Source of the DNA: Alphaproteobacteria bacterium
GTDB lineage: Bacteria; Pseudomonadota; Alphaproteobacteria; GCA-2731375
Direction of reading: 5' to 3'
Assembly: GCA_965232515.1 (NCBI GenBank)
Contig: CBDDPY010000002.1
Coordinates: 4,736,001 to 4,800,000, forward strand
Length of the DNA: 64,000 nt
A model generated the notes under the pieces. It made no database searches, was not told the DNA's origin, and worked only from the letters and a program-made list of their open reading frames with translations. Made by a program: the position numbers and the translations under genes. Shown in pieces: positions 9,622 to 19,322 of this stretch; the first letter of the stretch is position 1; each line of letters begins with the position of its first letter.

Positions 9622-10338
9622 ATGTCGTTGACATCCGTACGGCCGGTAGACCTGCCGGTCTGGGCGTGGCTGTGGTTTCCGCCGGTCATGCTGCTGGCGG
9701 AACTGGGCACGCGTCTCTACGACGAGCCGCTCTACCGCCAGGTCTGGGACAGCGAACTGGGTCCGCTCGAGAACGGCACCGTTATCATCCTGCTGCCGGG
9801 CATCGTCGCCGGTCTGCTGGCGTTGCGCTACCGGTCGCTGCTGCCGATGCCGTGGCTGTCGGGGTGGATCCTGCTATTCGTGCTGGGATCGATCTATCTC
9901 GGCGGCGAGGAGGCGAGCTGGGGCCAGCATTGGTTCGGCTGGCAGACGCCCGAGGGCGTGCAGGCGCTGAACGATCAGCAGGAAACCAACCTGCACAACA
10001 TGTCCAGCTGGCTCGATCAGAAACCGCGCTTTCTGCTCGAGATGTGGGTGCTGTTTGCTGGGATCGTCTATCCGCTGTGGCGGGGTCGTGTCGGTGGCTG
10101 GCCAACGCCGGATCGCTGGAGCTACTGGATCTTGCCATCTCCCATCGTCCTGCCCACGGCCTTGCTGGCGATCCTCATCAAGCTGCCGGAACGTTTCAAA
10201 GACTGGTTCGGCTTCGAGCCGCCGCCGCCGCTGGACATCCGCCTCAGCGAGACCCAGGAATACTACTTCGCCCTGTTCCTCTGTCTTTATCTCTGCTCGA
10301 TCTTTGTTCGCCTCCGCCAGCTTGCCCGCGCTGGCTGA
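9622..10338 (+). CDS. Conserved hypothetical polytopic membrane protein (EExSWGQ family)
   Basis: About 6 TM segments with E.GPLEN, GEEASWGQH, NDQQETNLHN and ETQEY motifs. Confidence 0.7.
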   Translation: MSLTSVRPVDLPVWAWLWFPPVMLLAELGTRLYDEPLYRQVWDSELGPLENGTVIILLPGIVAGLLALRYRSLLPMPWLSGWILLFVLGSIYLGGEEASWGQHWFGWQTPEGVQALNDQQETNLHNMSSWLDQKPRFLLEMWVLFAGIVYPLWRGRVGGWPTPDRWSYWILPSPIVLPTALLAILIKLPERFKDWFGFEPPPPLDIRLSETQEYYFALFLCLYLCSIFVRLRQLARAG

Positions 10339-10400
10339 TTGCAATTTGCAAATCCCATGCATGTCGGTCATTCATTTTCAATACGCGTCGCATTTTGCAA
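10339..10400. promoter_or_regulatory. Two TTGCA-W3-TGCAA enhancer-like boxes
   Basis: TTGCAATTTGCAA (10339-10351) and TCGCATTTTGCAA (10388-10400). Confidence 0.55.
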
Positions 10401-10422
10401 CGAAATAGCTCGAAAAAGAAGA

Positions 10423-10437
10423 TTAATAGATAATTAA
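10423..10437. promoter_or_regulatory. Perfect CtrA box
   Basis: TTAA-TAGATAA-TTAA matches TTAA-N7-TTAA. Confidence 0.55.
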
Positions 10438-10483
10438 TACATACCTCGGTTGCAAAACCGGCCCTGATTTGGGTTTTTGCTGT

Positions 10484-10499
10484 TGGCCCGCCTTTTGCT
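10484..10499 (+). promoter_or_regulatory. Sigma54 (-24/-12) promoter
   Basis: TGGCCCGCCTTTTGCT has exact GG-N10-GC spacing; predicted +1 is about 10510. Confidence 0.7.
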
Positions 10500-10509
10500 C
10501 TTTACCAAG

Positions 10510-10593
10510 ACAGTCCCCTTGGGGACACAGTGCGGGATCGTCGCTGGATTAAGCGACCCCCTATGAAGGTGGCGATCCCGCTCTTTTCTTTTT
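10510..10593 (+). ncRNA. Candidate sigma54-dependent small RNA (~84 nt)
   Basis: Lies between convergent genes. 5' hairpin GTCCCC/GGGGAC, then stem GCGGGATCG/CGATCCCGC followed by TCTTTTCTTTTT. Confidence 0.6.
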
Positions 10594-10610
10594 CCGACAA
10601 TCAGATGCTT

Positions 10611-10628
10611 GGCCGGTCTTGACCGGCC
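10611..10628 (-). terminator. Hairpin downstream of DUF3047 gene
   Basis: GGCCGGTC-TT-GACCGGCC, 11 nt past the stop; no strong U-tract. Confidence 0.35.
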
Positions 10629-10639
10629 CGTCGTGGATG

Positions 10640-11386
10640 TCAATTCGGCCCTGGCGCGGCCCCGAACATCAGCTCGATGATTGACGCCCGGCTCTGGCCG
10701 CCGGTGTCATCGCTGTCAGCCGAGATCGCCAGCTGTCGGATCGGTGGCGGCGGACCCCCGAAGATGCGCTCATAGTCGGCCGCAACGTCGACGTTTTCGC
10801 TGATCCATTCGCCGGTCGGCGCGCTGCCGTTGCGCAGGATCACCTGCATGCCCGCGCCGCCGAAATAGGCGCTTTTGATCAGGCTGCCGGTCGGATGGTC
10901 GCCGCCCCAGGTGTAGCTCAACAGCCGGCCCGGCGCGTCCCGTCCTTTCCAGGCCTCGACCAGCGGCCGCATCATCCGCTCTTTCAGGCTGGCGGTGTCC
11001 GGATCCCACTCGAAGAACACGAAGATCGCCGCCGGCCGGTCATCGCCACCGCGCCGGGACAGATCGGTCGCTGGCAGGTTTTCGTCGACCCGCCAGCGCC
11101 AGGACAGGCGGGGCGTATCGGCCGGATCGACGTCGATCGGCAGATAGATCAGCGACGCGCTCCCGTCGGTGTTGATCTCGATGCTGCCGTCGGCGCCGCC
11201 GACGAAATTGTTGCGGCGCTTGCCGTCGAACTCGAACTCCTGCCAGCCGGCCATGGCCAGATCGGACTTGACCGGCAGCCGGAAGCCGTCCGCCAGGACT
11301 GGCGTGGCGCCCAAGCCGATGGCGAGTGCAATCGCCGTACACCGCGATGTTCGCTTCGACGTACTATACCGACTGACTAAACGCAT
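10640..11386 (-). CDS. DUF3047 domain-containing periplasmic protein
   Basis: Signal peptide, LSWRWRV, GGDDRPAAIFV, LSYTWG and SADSDDTG motifs. Start is uncertain. Confidence 0.8.
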   Translation of the reverse strand: MRLVSRYSTSKRTSRCTAIALAIGLGATPVLADGFRLPVKSDLAMAGWQEFEFDGKRRNNFVGGADGSIEINTDGSASLIYLPIDVDPADTPRLSWRWRVDENLPATDLSRRGGDDRPAAIFVFFEWDPDTASLKERMMRPLVEAWKGRDAPGRLLSYTWGGDHPTGSLIKSAYFGGAGMQVILRNGSAPTGEWISENVDVAADYERIFGGPPPPIRQLAISADSDDTGGQSRASIIELMFGAAPGPN

Positions 11387-11396
11387 ACCCTCTAAT

Positions 11397-12671
11397 ATGG
11401 ATGGATACCGGTTGAGGTCACGTTACTCAGCAAAATTTGTATTCGGCGCTCATTTCGTGATGGTGGGCCTGCTTTGCCTATGGTCGGCGATCAGTGCTGC
11501 CGAGCCGAATGAGCCGGTTGGGCGCGATTTCCATCTGACGCCCGATGACCTGCCGCCGCCATTCGCGACGCCGAGCGTCGGCAACGGCTCGCAATATATC
11601 GGCCGGCCGGCTGATGCGACGCTGCAGGTGCCGACCGGTTTCCGGGCCGATCTGTTTCGCGCCGGTCTACGCGGGCCGCGCTGGATGGCCGTCGCCGCGA
11701 ACGGCGACGTGGTGCTGGCTGAGACCTTTCAAGGCCGGATCAGCGTTCTGCGCGACGCCGATGGCGACGGCGCGGCCGAACTGATGGAAACCTTCAGCGA
11801 CGAAATCGAAGGCCCGCACGGCCTGGCGATCCACGATGGCCACCTCTACGTCAGCGATCCGACTACCGTCTGGCGCTACGCCTACGAACCCGGCCAGCTG
11901 CGGCGGCGCGGCCGGGCCGAGCGCGTGACGCCAACCGGCGGTCTCGGCGACGGCGGCGGCCACTGGACCCGCAACCTCGCCGTCTCCCCCGACGGCCGGC
12001 GGCTGTTCGTCGCCATCGGCAGCCGCGGCAACATCGCCGAGGAACCGCCGCCGCGCGCCACGGTCAAAGGCTATGATCTGGACGGCGGCAACGGCCGAAT
12101 CCTCGCCTATGGTCTGCGCAATCCGGTCGGCATCGCTTTCCACCCCACGACGGCCGACCTCTATGTCGTGGTCAACGAGCGCGACGGCCTGGGCGACGGG
12201 CTGGTGCCGGATTATCTGACCCGCATCACCGAGGGCGATTTTTTCGGCTGGCCCTATGCCTATATCGGCGCCAACCCCGACCCCACCATGAACGGCCGGC
12301 GGTCCGATCTCGTTGCGGCGACCAAGGTGCCGGACGTCCTGTTCCAGTCGCATTCGGCGCCGATCGGCCTGGTGTTCTACGACGGCCCCCAGTTTCCGGC
12401 TGACTACCGGGGCGATGCCTTCGTCGCCCTGCGCGGGTCCTGGAACGCGGCCCAGCCGACCGGCTACAAAGTCGTGCATGTGCCGTTCGCGGACGGCCGT
12501 CCGGTTGGCAGCTACCGCAACTTCGTCACCGGGTTCTGGACCGCCGGCGCCAACACGGCCCAGGTCATCGGCCGTCCTGCCGGGCTCGCGGTGGCGCGCG
12601 ACGGCAGCTTGCTGATTGCCGACGACACGGGCGGCGCCATCTGGCGCGTCAGTTATGTCGGCTCGAATTAG
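11397..12671 (+). CDS. Sorbosone dehydrogenase / PQQ-dependent sugar dehydrogenase family beta-propeller
   Basis: GHWTRNL, GLRNPVG, NERDGLGD.LVPDY, GWPY, HSAPIG, GSWN, GRPAGL. The ORF-track start 11169 overlaps the divergent gene and is rejected. Confidence 0.85.
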   Translation: MDGYRLRSRYSAKFVFGAHFVMVGLLCLWSAISAAEPNEPVGRDFHLTPDDLPPPFATPSVGNGSQYIGRPADATLQVPTGFRADLFRAGLRGPRWMAVAANGDVVLAETFQGRISVLRDADGDGAAELMETFSDEIEGPHGLAIHDGHLYVSDPTTVWRYAYEPGQLRRRGRAERVTPTGGLGDGGGHWTRNLAVSPDGRRLFVAIGSRGNIAEEPPPRATVKGYDLDGGNGRILAYGLRNPVGIAFHPTTADLYVVVNERDGLGDGLVPDYLTRITEGDFFGWPYAYIGANPDPTMNGRRSDLVAATKVPDVLFQSHSAPIGLVFYDGPQFPADYRGDAFVALRGSWNAAQPTGYKVVHVPFADGRPVGSYRNFVTGFWTAGANTAQVIGRPAGLAVARDGSLLIADDTGGAIWRVSYVGSN

Positions 12672-12674
12672 GGA

Positions 12675-13271
12675 ATGACAGTGGCGACCGAGTTCAGCTT
12701 GCCGGCCAACGCGGCCCTGCTGATCGTCGACGTGCAACGGGCCATCGACGACCCCAGCTGGGGCGTCCGCAACAACCCGGAAGCCGAGGCGAACATCGCG
12801 CCATTGCTGGCGGCCTGGCGCGCCGCCGGCCGGCCGGTCTTTCACGTCAAGCACAACTCCACCGAGCCGCAATCGACCTACCGTCCGGGCCAGCCGGGCA
12901 ACGATTTCAAGCCCGAGGTCGCGCCGCTGCCGGGCGAGGTCGTGATCGAAAAGCAGACGAACGCGGCCTTCATCGGCACGGACCTCGAGTCCCGGCTGCG
13001 TCGCGCCGGCATCTCGACGCTCGTCGTCACCGGCGTCATCACCAACAATTCCGTCGAGGCCACGGTGCGCATGGCCGGCAACCTGGGCTTCGATACCGTC
13101 GTGGTCTCGGACGCCACCGCCACGTTCGGCAGGACCGACCTGCGCGGCAAGAACTGGTCGGCCGACGATGTGCATTGGCTGGCGCTGTCGAACATGGACG
13201 GCGAATACGCCCGAGTGGTCTCGACGCCCCAGCTTCTCGCCCTTGTTGACCCGCCGGGCGGAACTGGCTAG
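12675..13271 (+). CDS. Isochorismatase/cysteine hydrolase family protein
   Basis: ALLIVDVQ, K...AF.GT.L, GVITNNSVEATVR (Ser at the nucleophile site), DATATF. Confidence 0.85.
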   Translation: MTVATEFSLPANAALLIVDVQRAIDDPSWGVRNNPEAEANIAPLLAAWRAAGRPVFHVKHNSTEPQSTYRPGQPGNDFKPEVAPLPGEVVIEKQTNAAFIGTDLESRLRRAGISTLVVTGVITNNSVEATVRMAGNLGFDTVVVSDATATFGRTDLRGKNWSADDVHWLALSNMDGEYARVVSTPQLLALVDPPGGTG

Positions 13272-13367
13272 GGTCCCGGCCATGCAGACGCGGTTTCACA
13301 CGCTGTCGCTCCGTCGACTTATCTGCCCGGCTCTCCCTTGGGGCCGGGACGTCGACGTTTGTTTTGA

Positions 13368-15194
<1,827 letters not shown>

Positions 15195-15214
15195 CCGAAG
15201 CCGGTTACAATAGC

Positions 15215-15250
15215 CGGGCGGGTTCGCGCCTTCGCGACCCGCCCGTTTTT
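15215..15250 (+). terminator. Rho-independent terminator of leuA
   Basis: CGGGCGGG..TCGCG-loop-CGCGA-CCCGCCCG followed by TTTTT. Confidence 0.75.
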
Positions 15251-15281
15251 CATGTCCAACCGAGCCAGAGGGAGGGGTCGC

Positions 15282-15833
15282 ATGACCCGCGTTCGCCAGC
15301 TTTCCCCCGACGAGATGACGCCGGCCCAGCGCGCGGTCTACGACGCGATCCTCGCCGGACCGCGCGCCGCCATCGGCGGCCCGTTCATGCCCTGGCTGCA
15401 AAGTCCGGAGCTGGCCGACCGGGCCCAGAACCTCGGCGCTTTCGTCCGCTTCGAGACCTCGTTGCCGCCGCGCCTGTCCGAGCTAGCGATCCTGGTCACG
15501 GCCCGGCACTGGACGGCGCAATACGAATGGTGGGCGCACGAGCCAATCGCCCTCAAGGCCGGCCTGAACGCCGGCATCGTCGCCGCCATCAAGTCGTGCC
15601 AGCGGCCGCGCTTCACGGCCGAGGACGAGGAACTGGTCTACGACTTCGCCAGCACGCTGCATGCCGAACACAGGATCGATGACGAACTCCATGCGCGGGC
15701 GCAAACGCTTCTCGGCGAGCCGGCCGTCGTCGAGCTGGTCGGCATCCTCGGCTACTACACGCTCGTCGCCATGACCCTCAATGTCTATGAGATGCCGTTG
15801 CCGGAAGGCGAGTCGCCGCCGCTGCCCGACTGA
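15282..15833 (+). CDS. Carboxymuconolactone decarboxylase family protein
   Basis: GPF..WL.SPELA, ELAILVTARHW.AQYEW.AH, LVGILGYY. Confidence 0.85.
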   Translation: MTRVRQLSPDEMTPAQRAVYDAILAGPRAAIGGPFMPWLQSPELADRAQNLGAFVRFETSLPPRLSELAILVTARHWTAQYEWWAHEPIALKAGLNAGIVAAIKSCQRPRFTAEDEELVYDFASTLHAEHRIDDELHARAQTLLGEPAVVELVGILGYYTLVAMTLNVYEMPLPEGESPPLPD

Positions 15834-15844
15834 CGCGAAGCAGG

Positions 15845-18076
15845 TTAGCGCCCGGCCGCCATCGCCGCCGGCCGCCGGCTGCCGCGCGTCGCCGGGAAAC
15901 GGGCGGTGACCGTCGTGCCCTCTCCCACGGCGCTGTCGATGATCAGTTCGCCGCCATGCAGCTCGGTAAAGGCCTTGGCCAGCGTCAGGCCCAGGCCCGC
16001 GCCCTCGAACTTCCGCGTCAGCCGGCTGTCCACCTGACCGAATACCGACATCGCCTTCGGCATGTCCTGTTCGGCCATGCCGATGCCGGTATCCCAGACA
16101 ACCAGATCCACGCGTCCGTCGATGCGCCGGCGGGCGCGGATCCCGATACGCCCCTCGGCGGGCGTGAATTTCATCGCATTGGCCGCCAGCTTCAGCAGGA
16201 TCTGCTGCAGCAACCTGGGATCGGCCCAAAGACAGCCGATCTCGGGATCAATGGTCAGATCGAACGTGAGCGCTTCGGCGGCCGGGTCCCGCCTGATGGT
16301 CTCGCAAACCTCGCCGATCGCCGCTTCGAGATCGCATTCTGCCTCTTCCAAGACCAGACGACCGGCCTCGATATTGGTGATGTCGAGGATGTCGTTGATG
16401 GTCGCCAGCAGCGCACGACCGCGCGTGCCGATGTCGCCGATGGCTTCCCGCTGCTTGGCGCGCAGGTCGCCGTAGATGCCCAGCTCCAGCATCTCCGAGA
16501 AGCCGATCACGGCGTTCAGCGGGGTGCGCAGCTCGTGGCTCATGTTGGCGAAGAATTCCGACTTCATCCTGTCGGCCTGCTCCGCCGCTTCCTTTGCCTG
16601 CGTCAGCTCCCTCTGGACCTGCTTTTGCTCGGTGATGTCATGCACGAGCTTAAAGCAGCCGCGCACCATGCCGTTACCATCGACATGGGGAATGTAGGTT
16701 CCGGCGACGTCGCGGATGCGACCGTCGGGATAGACGATCTGATCCTCGTAGACGACGGGCTTGCCGGAAAGGGCCTTGTCCAGCCGTCGGGCAATGCGTT
16801 CGCCGCCGGGGCCGGCAACCACCTCGGTGACATGCCGGCCCAGGACCCTCGCGCGTGTCGTCGCATTCCACTCGACGCAGGTTTTGTTGGCGAAGACGAA
16901 CCGCTTGCCCCGATCGAGATAGGCGATCGTCGCCGGCACGGAATCGGTGATCAATCGAAGCTGGTCATGGCTCTCCTGCAGCGCCCGTGTCCGATCCTCG
17001 ACCCGTCGTTCCAGCTCGTCGCGCGCGCGGCGCAGTTCTTTCTCGATGGCCTTCTTTTCCGTGATGTCGGTCCGGATGCCGACATAGTCGCCGCGCGCCG
17101 TACGCCGATCGCTGGCCAGAAGCCAACGGCCGTCGCCCAGCTGGAATTCGACGTTGCTGTCGCCAGCCTTGTGGTGGGCCACACGCTGAGAGACCCAGTC
17201 TTCCACGGCGTCCGACGGAATGTTGACGGCCTTTCGCTCGGCGACGGCGCGTACGAGATCCTCGAAGCGGGCGCCCGGCACGAACAGATCCGCCGTGTCG
17301 GGATTGGTGTCTTTGAATTTTTTGTTGCAGAACACCAGACGGTCGTCGGCATCGAACCAGACAAAGCCGTCCGAAATGTTCTCCAGCACCTCGTTGAGCA
17401 CGTCGGCCGACTTGGCCAGCTTGTCGTTCAGCTCACTGATCTCACGCTCTGCCTTAACGCGTTCGACAAAGGACCGATAGTTGCTGCGGACGATGAAGGT
17501 CAGAAAGGCCATGTACAGCGCCAACAGCGCGATAAAGGCGTACTGATCCGGCCCGCCCGCGACCGCCATGCGCAGCGCCAGCGGTGCCAGATGCGCGGCC
17601 GAAAATCCCAATGCCGCGGCCGGGATGATCGACATGGCGCCGACCGCGGCGGCCGGATTGCCGCCGGCCACGCCGATCAGCACCAGCTGATGCGCGCTGA
17701 GTTCGGGGCTGTAGAACAGAAATCCGGACAGGCCCCAGATAAGCCCGCCGATCATGCTGGTCACGACCAGTTTTCGGATCTGCGTCGGGCGGACGGCGGC
17801 CGCCGGCGGACGATGGCGGTTTCGCAGCCAGCGCCGCAGGCTGACGATCGGCAGCAACCAGGTCAGCATCAGCCAGGGCAGCACGACCCAGGCCGGTGCG
17901 GTGTGAAGGCAGGTCGCCGCGACCAGCGCTGACGCCGCCATCTGCGCCAGGCAAAGACTGGGCAGCATGCGGCGATAGTGCCGCATCTGCTCGACGCGGA
18001 TTTCCGCCTGAAGCGTCGGTTCCGCCGATGCCGTGGACTCACCGTTGTGACGACGGGAGGTGCGACCTTGCCTCAT
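15845..18076 (-). CDS. Membrane PAS-PAS sensor histidine kinase (PleC/DivJ-like H-box)
   Basis: 5-6 TM segments, two PAS domains, ANMSHELRTPLNAVIGFSE, NAMKFT, DTGIG, GAGLGL. Confidence 0.9.
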   Translation of the reverse strand: MRQGRTSRRHNGESTASAEPTLQAEIRVEQMRHYRRMLPSLCLAQMAASALVAATCLHTAPAWVVLPWLMLTWLLPIVSLRRWLRNRHRPPAAAVRPTQIRKLVVTSMIGGLIWGLSGFLFYSPELSAHQLVLIGVAGGNPAAAVGAMSIIPAAALGFSAAHLAPLALRMAVAGGPDQYAFIALLALYMAFLTFIVRSNYRSFVERVKAEREISELNDKLAKSADVLNEVLENISDGFVWFDADDRLVFCNKKFKDTNPDTADLFVPGARFEDLVRAVAERKAVNIPSDAVEDWVSQRVAHHKAGDSNVEFQLGDGRWLLASDRRTARGDYVGIRTDITEKKAIEKELRRARDELERRVEDRTRALQESHDQLRLITDSVPATIAYLDRGKRFVFANKTCVEWNATTRARVLGRHVTEVVAGPGGERIARRLDKALSGKPVVYEDQIVYPDGRIRDVAGTYIPHVDGNGMVRGCFKLVHDITEQKQVQRELTQAKEAAEQADRMKSEFFANMSHELRTPLNAVIGFSEMLELGIYGDLRAKQREAIGDIGTRGRALLATINDILDITNIEAGRLVLEEAECDLEAAIGEVCETIRRDPAAEALTFDLTIDPEIGCLWADPRLLQQILLKLAANAMKFTPAEGRIGIRARRRIDGRVDLVVWDTGIGMAEQDMPKAMSVFGQVDSRLTRKFEGAGLGLTLAKAFTELHGGELIIDSAVGEGTTVTARFPATRGSRRPAAMAAGR

Positions 18077-18165
18077 GCCAATCTAGACCGTGGACTGGCC
18101 GATCGACGACCCCAGCCCGGCGGCGCGGCGGAAACGTCGCGCGCGGGCTCGAACGACTTGCTGTT

Positions 18166-18181
18166 GGGCGCCGATCTTGCC
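18166..18181 (+). promoter_or_regulatory. Possible sigma54 promoter for flagellin transcript
   Basis: GGGCGCCGATCTTGCC has GG-N10-GC spacing, but the -24 context is imperfect. Confidence 0.3.
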
Positions 18182-18324
18182 CACGGCGGCTTAAAAAGCG
18201 CCTAATCGGAGGTTGCTGATCTGGTAATTTTTTCCTAGATGCCGACGCGGCCGCCAAGCATGGATTAACCGGTCGTCAATGAATTTCCGCCACCCTGCAG
18301 GCCGGTTATGGACCCACTGGGAGT

Positions 18325-18413
18325 CCTCGAAACGGCAAACCGTCGGCAACGGCGGGACGCAAAACCTCCGGTCCGCGCGGGTTTCCGGCGTGGATAGCGG
18401 GGCTGTCGAAAGG
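18325..18413 (+). ncRNA. GEMM-I (c-di-GMP-I class) riboswitch, G20/U92 variant
   Basis: GGCAAA-CCGTCG-GCAA-CGGCGG-GACGCAAAA-CCTCCGG-TCC...GGA-TAGCGGGG-CTGTCG. P2 has a GNRA tetraloop, the GACGCAAA junction is present, and P1 is CCTCG/CGAAAGG. Confidence 0.88.
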
Positions 18414-18420
18414 CGTACGC

Positions 18421-19233
18421 ATGGTCAATTCCATCAATACCAACCCCGGCAGCAATATCGGGCTGCAATCTCTCAACAAGACGAATAACGGCCTCGACGC
18501 TCTGCGCGAGCGGCTGGCCACGGGCAAGAAAATCAACGGGCCGACGCCCGATCCCTCGACCTTCGCCATCGCCCAGAAGCTGCTTGGCGAAATCGGCGGC
18601 ACCGTGGCCGTGAAAGAGGGCCTGAACGCGGCCGAAGCCACCACCGGCGTCGCCATCTCCGCCGGCCAGGCCGTCTCCGACCTGCTCGTCGACCTCAAGG
18701 GCATCGCCATCAAGGCCAGTCAGGACGGCCTCGACGACACCTCGCGCCAGGCGCTGGAGACCGAGTTCAACGCGCTGCGCGATCAGATCGGCACGGTCGT
18801 CGACTCGGCGAATTTCAATGGCACCAATCTGATCGAAGCCGGCGGCGCCGGCCTTGACGTGCTGGCGTCCGAGAAAGGCGAGCGCTTCAACGTCGCCGCC
18901 CAGGACCTCAGTGCCGGCGGCCTCGGCATTGCCGGCCTGACGCTTGGCACGGCCGCCGACGCCGCCAACGCGGTCAATGCGCTCGACGCTGCGGTTTCTG
19001 ACGCCTCGGCGAAGCTCGCCGATCTCGGCTCGTCGGCCAAGCGCATCGAGACCCAGTCCGAAGCGACGACAAAGCTCGCCGACAGTCTGCGCCAGGGCGT
19101 CGGCAACCTGGTCGACGCCGATCTCGGCGCCGATGCCGCGGCGCTCGCCGCCGGTCAGGTCAAGCAGTCGCTGGGCATCCAGGCGCTCAACATCGCAAAC
19201 TCCGCGCCGCGCTACCTGACCGAGCTGTTCTAG
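18421..19233 (+). CDS. Flagellin (short, Caulobacter Flj-like, divergent)
   Basis: SINTN..., RLATGKKIN, ANFNGTNL, GVGNLVDADL, QALNIAN..P..L..LF; 270 aa. Confidence 0.88.
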   Translation: MVNSINTNPGSNIGLQSLNKTNNGLDALRERLATGKKINGPTPDPSTFAIAQKLLGEIGGTVAVKEGLNAAEATTGVAISAGQAVSDLLVDLKGIAIKASQDGLDDTSRQALETEFNALRDQIGTVVDSANFNGTNLIEAGGAGLDVLASEKGERFNVAAQDLSAGGLGIAGLTLGTAADAANAVNALDAAVSDASAKLADLGSSAKRIETQSEATTKLADSLRQGVGNLVDADLGADAAALAAGQVKQSLGIQALNIANSAPRYLTELF

Positions 19234-19322
19234 GAGAGACATGCGCGGTGCGGTCGACCGACGTCGCCGCGCCGCAAATGGCCACATGACATCGGCCGGG
19301 CGGACGGGTATGCCTGCGCGCC

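Noticed and set aside
10510-10593. Candidate sRNA as a true Qrr homolog or coding sORF (ATG 10563)
   Set aside because: It lacks the Qrr conserved core; the 19-codon ORF has no Shine-Dalgarno and runs through the terminator.
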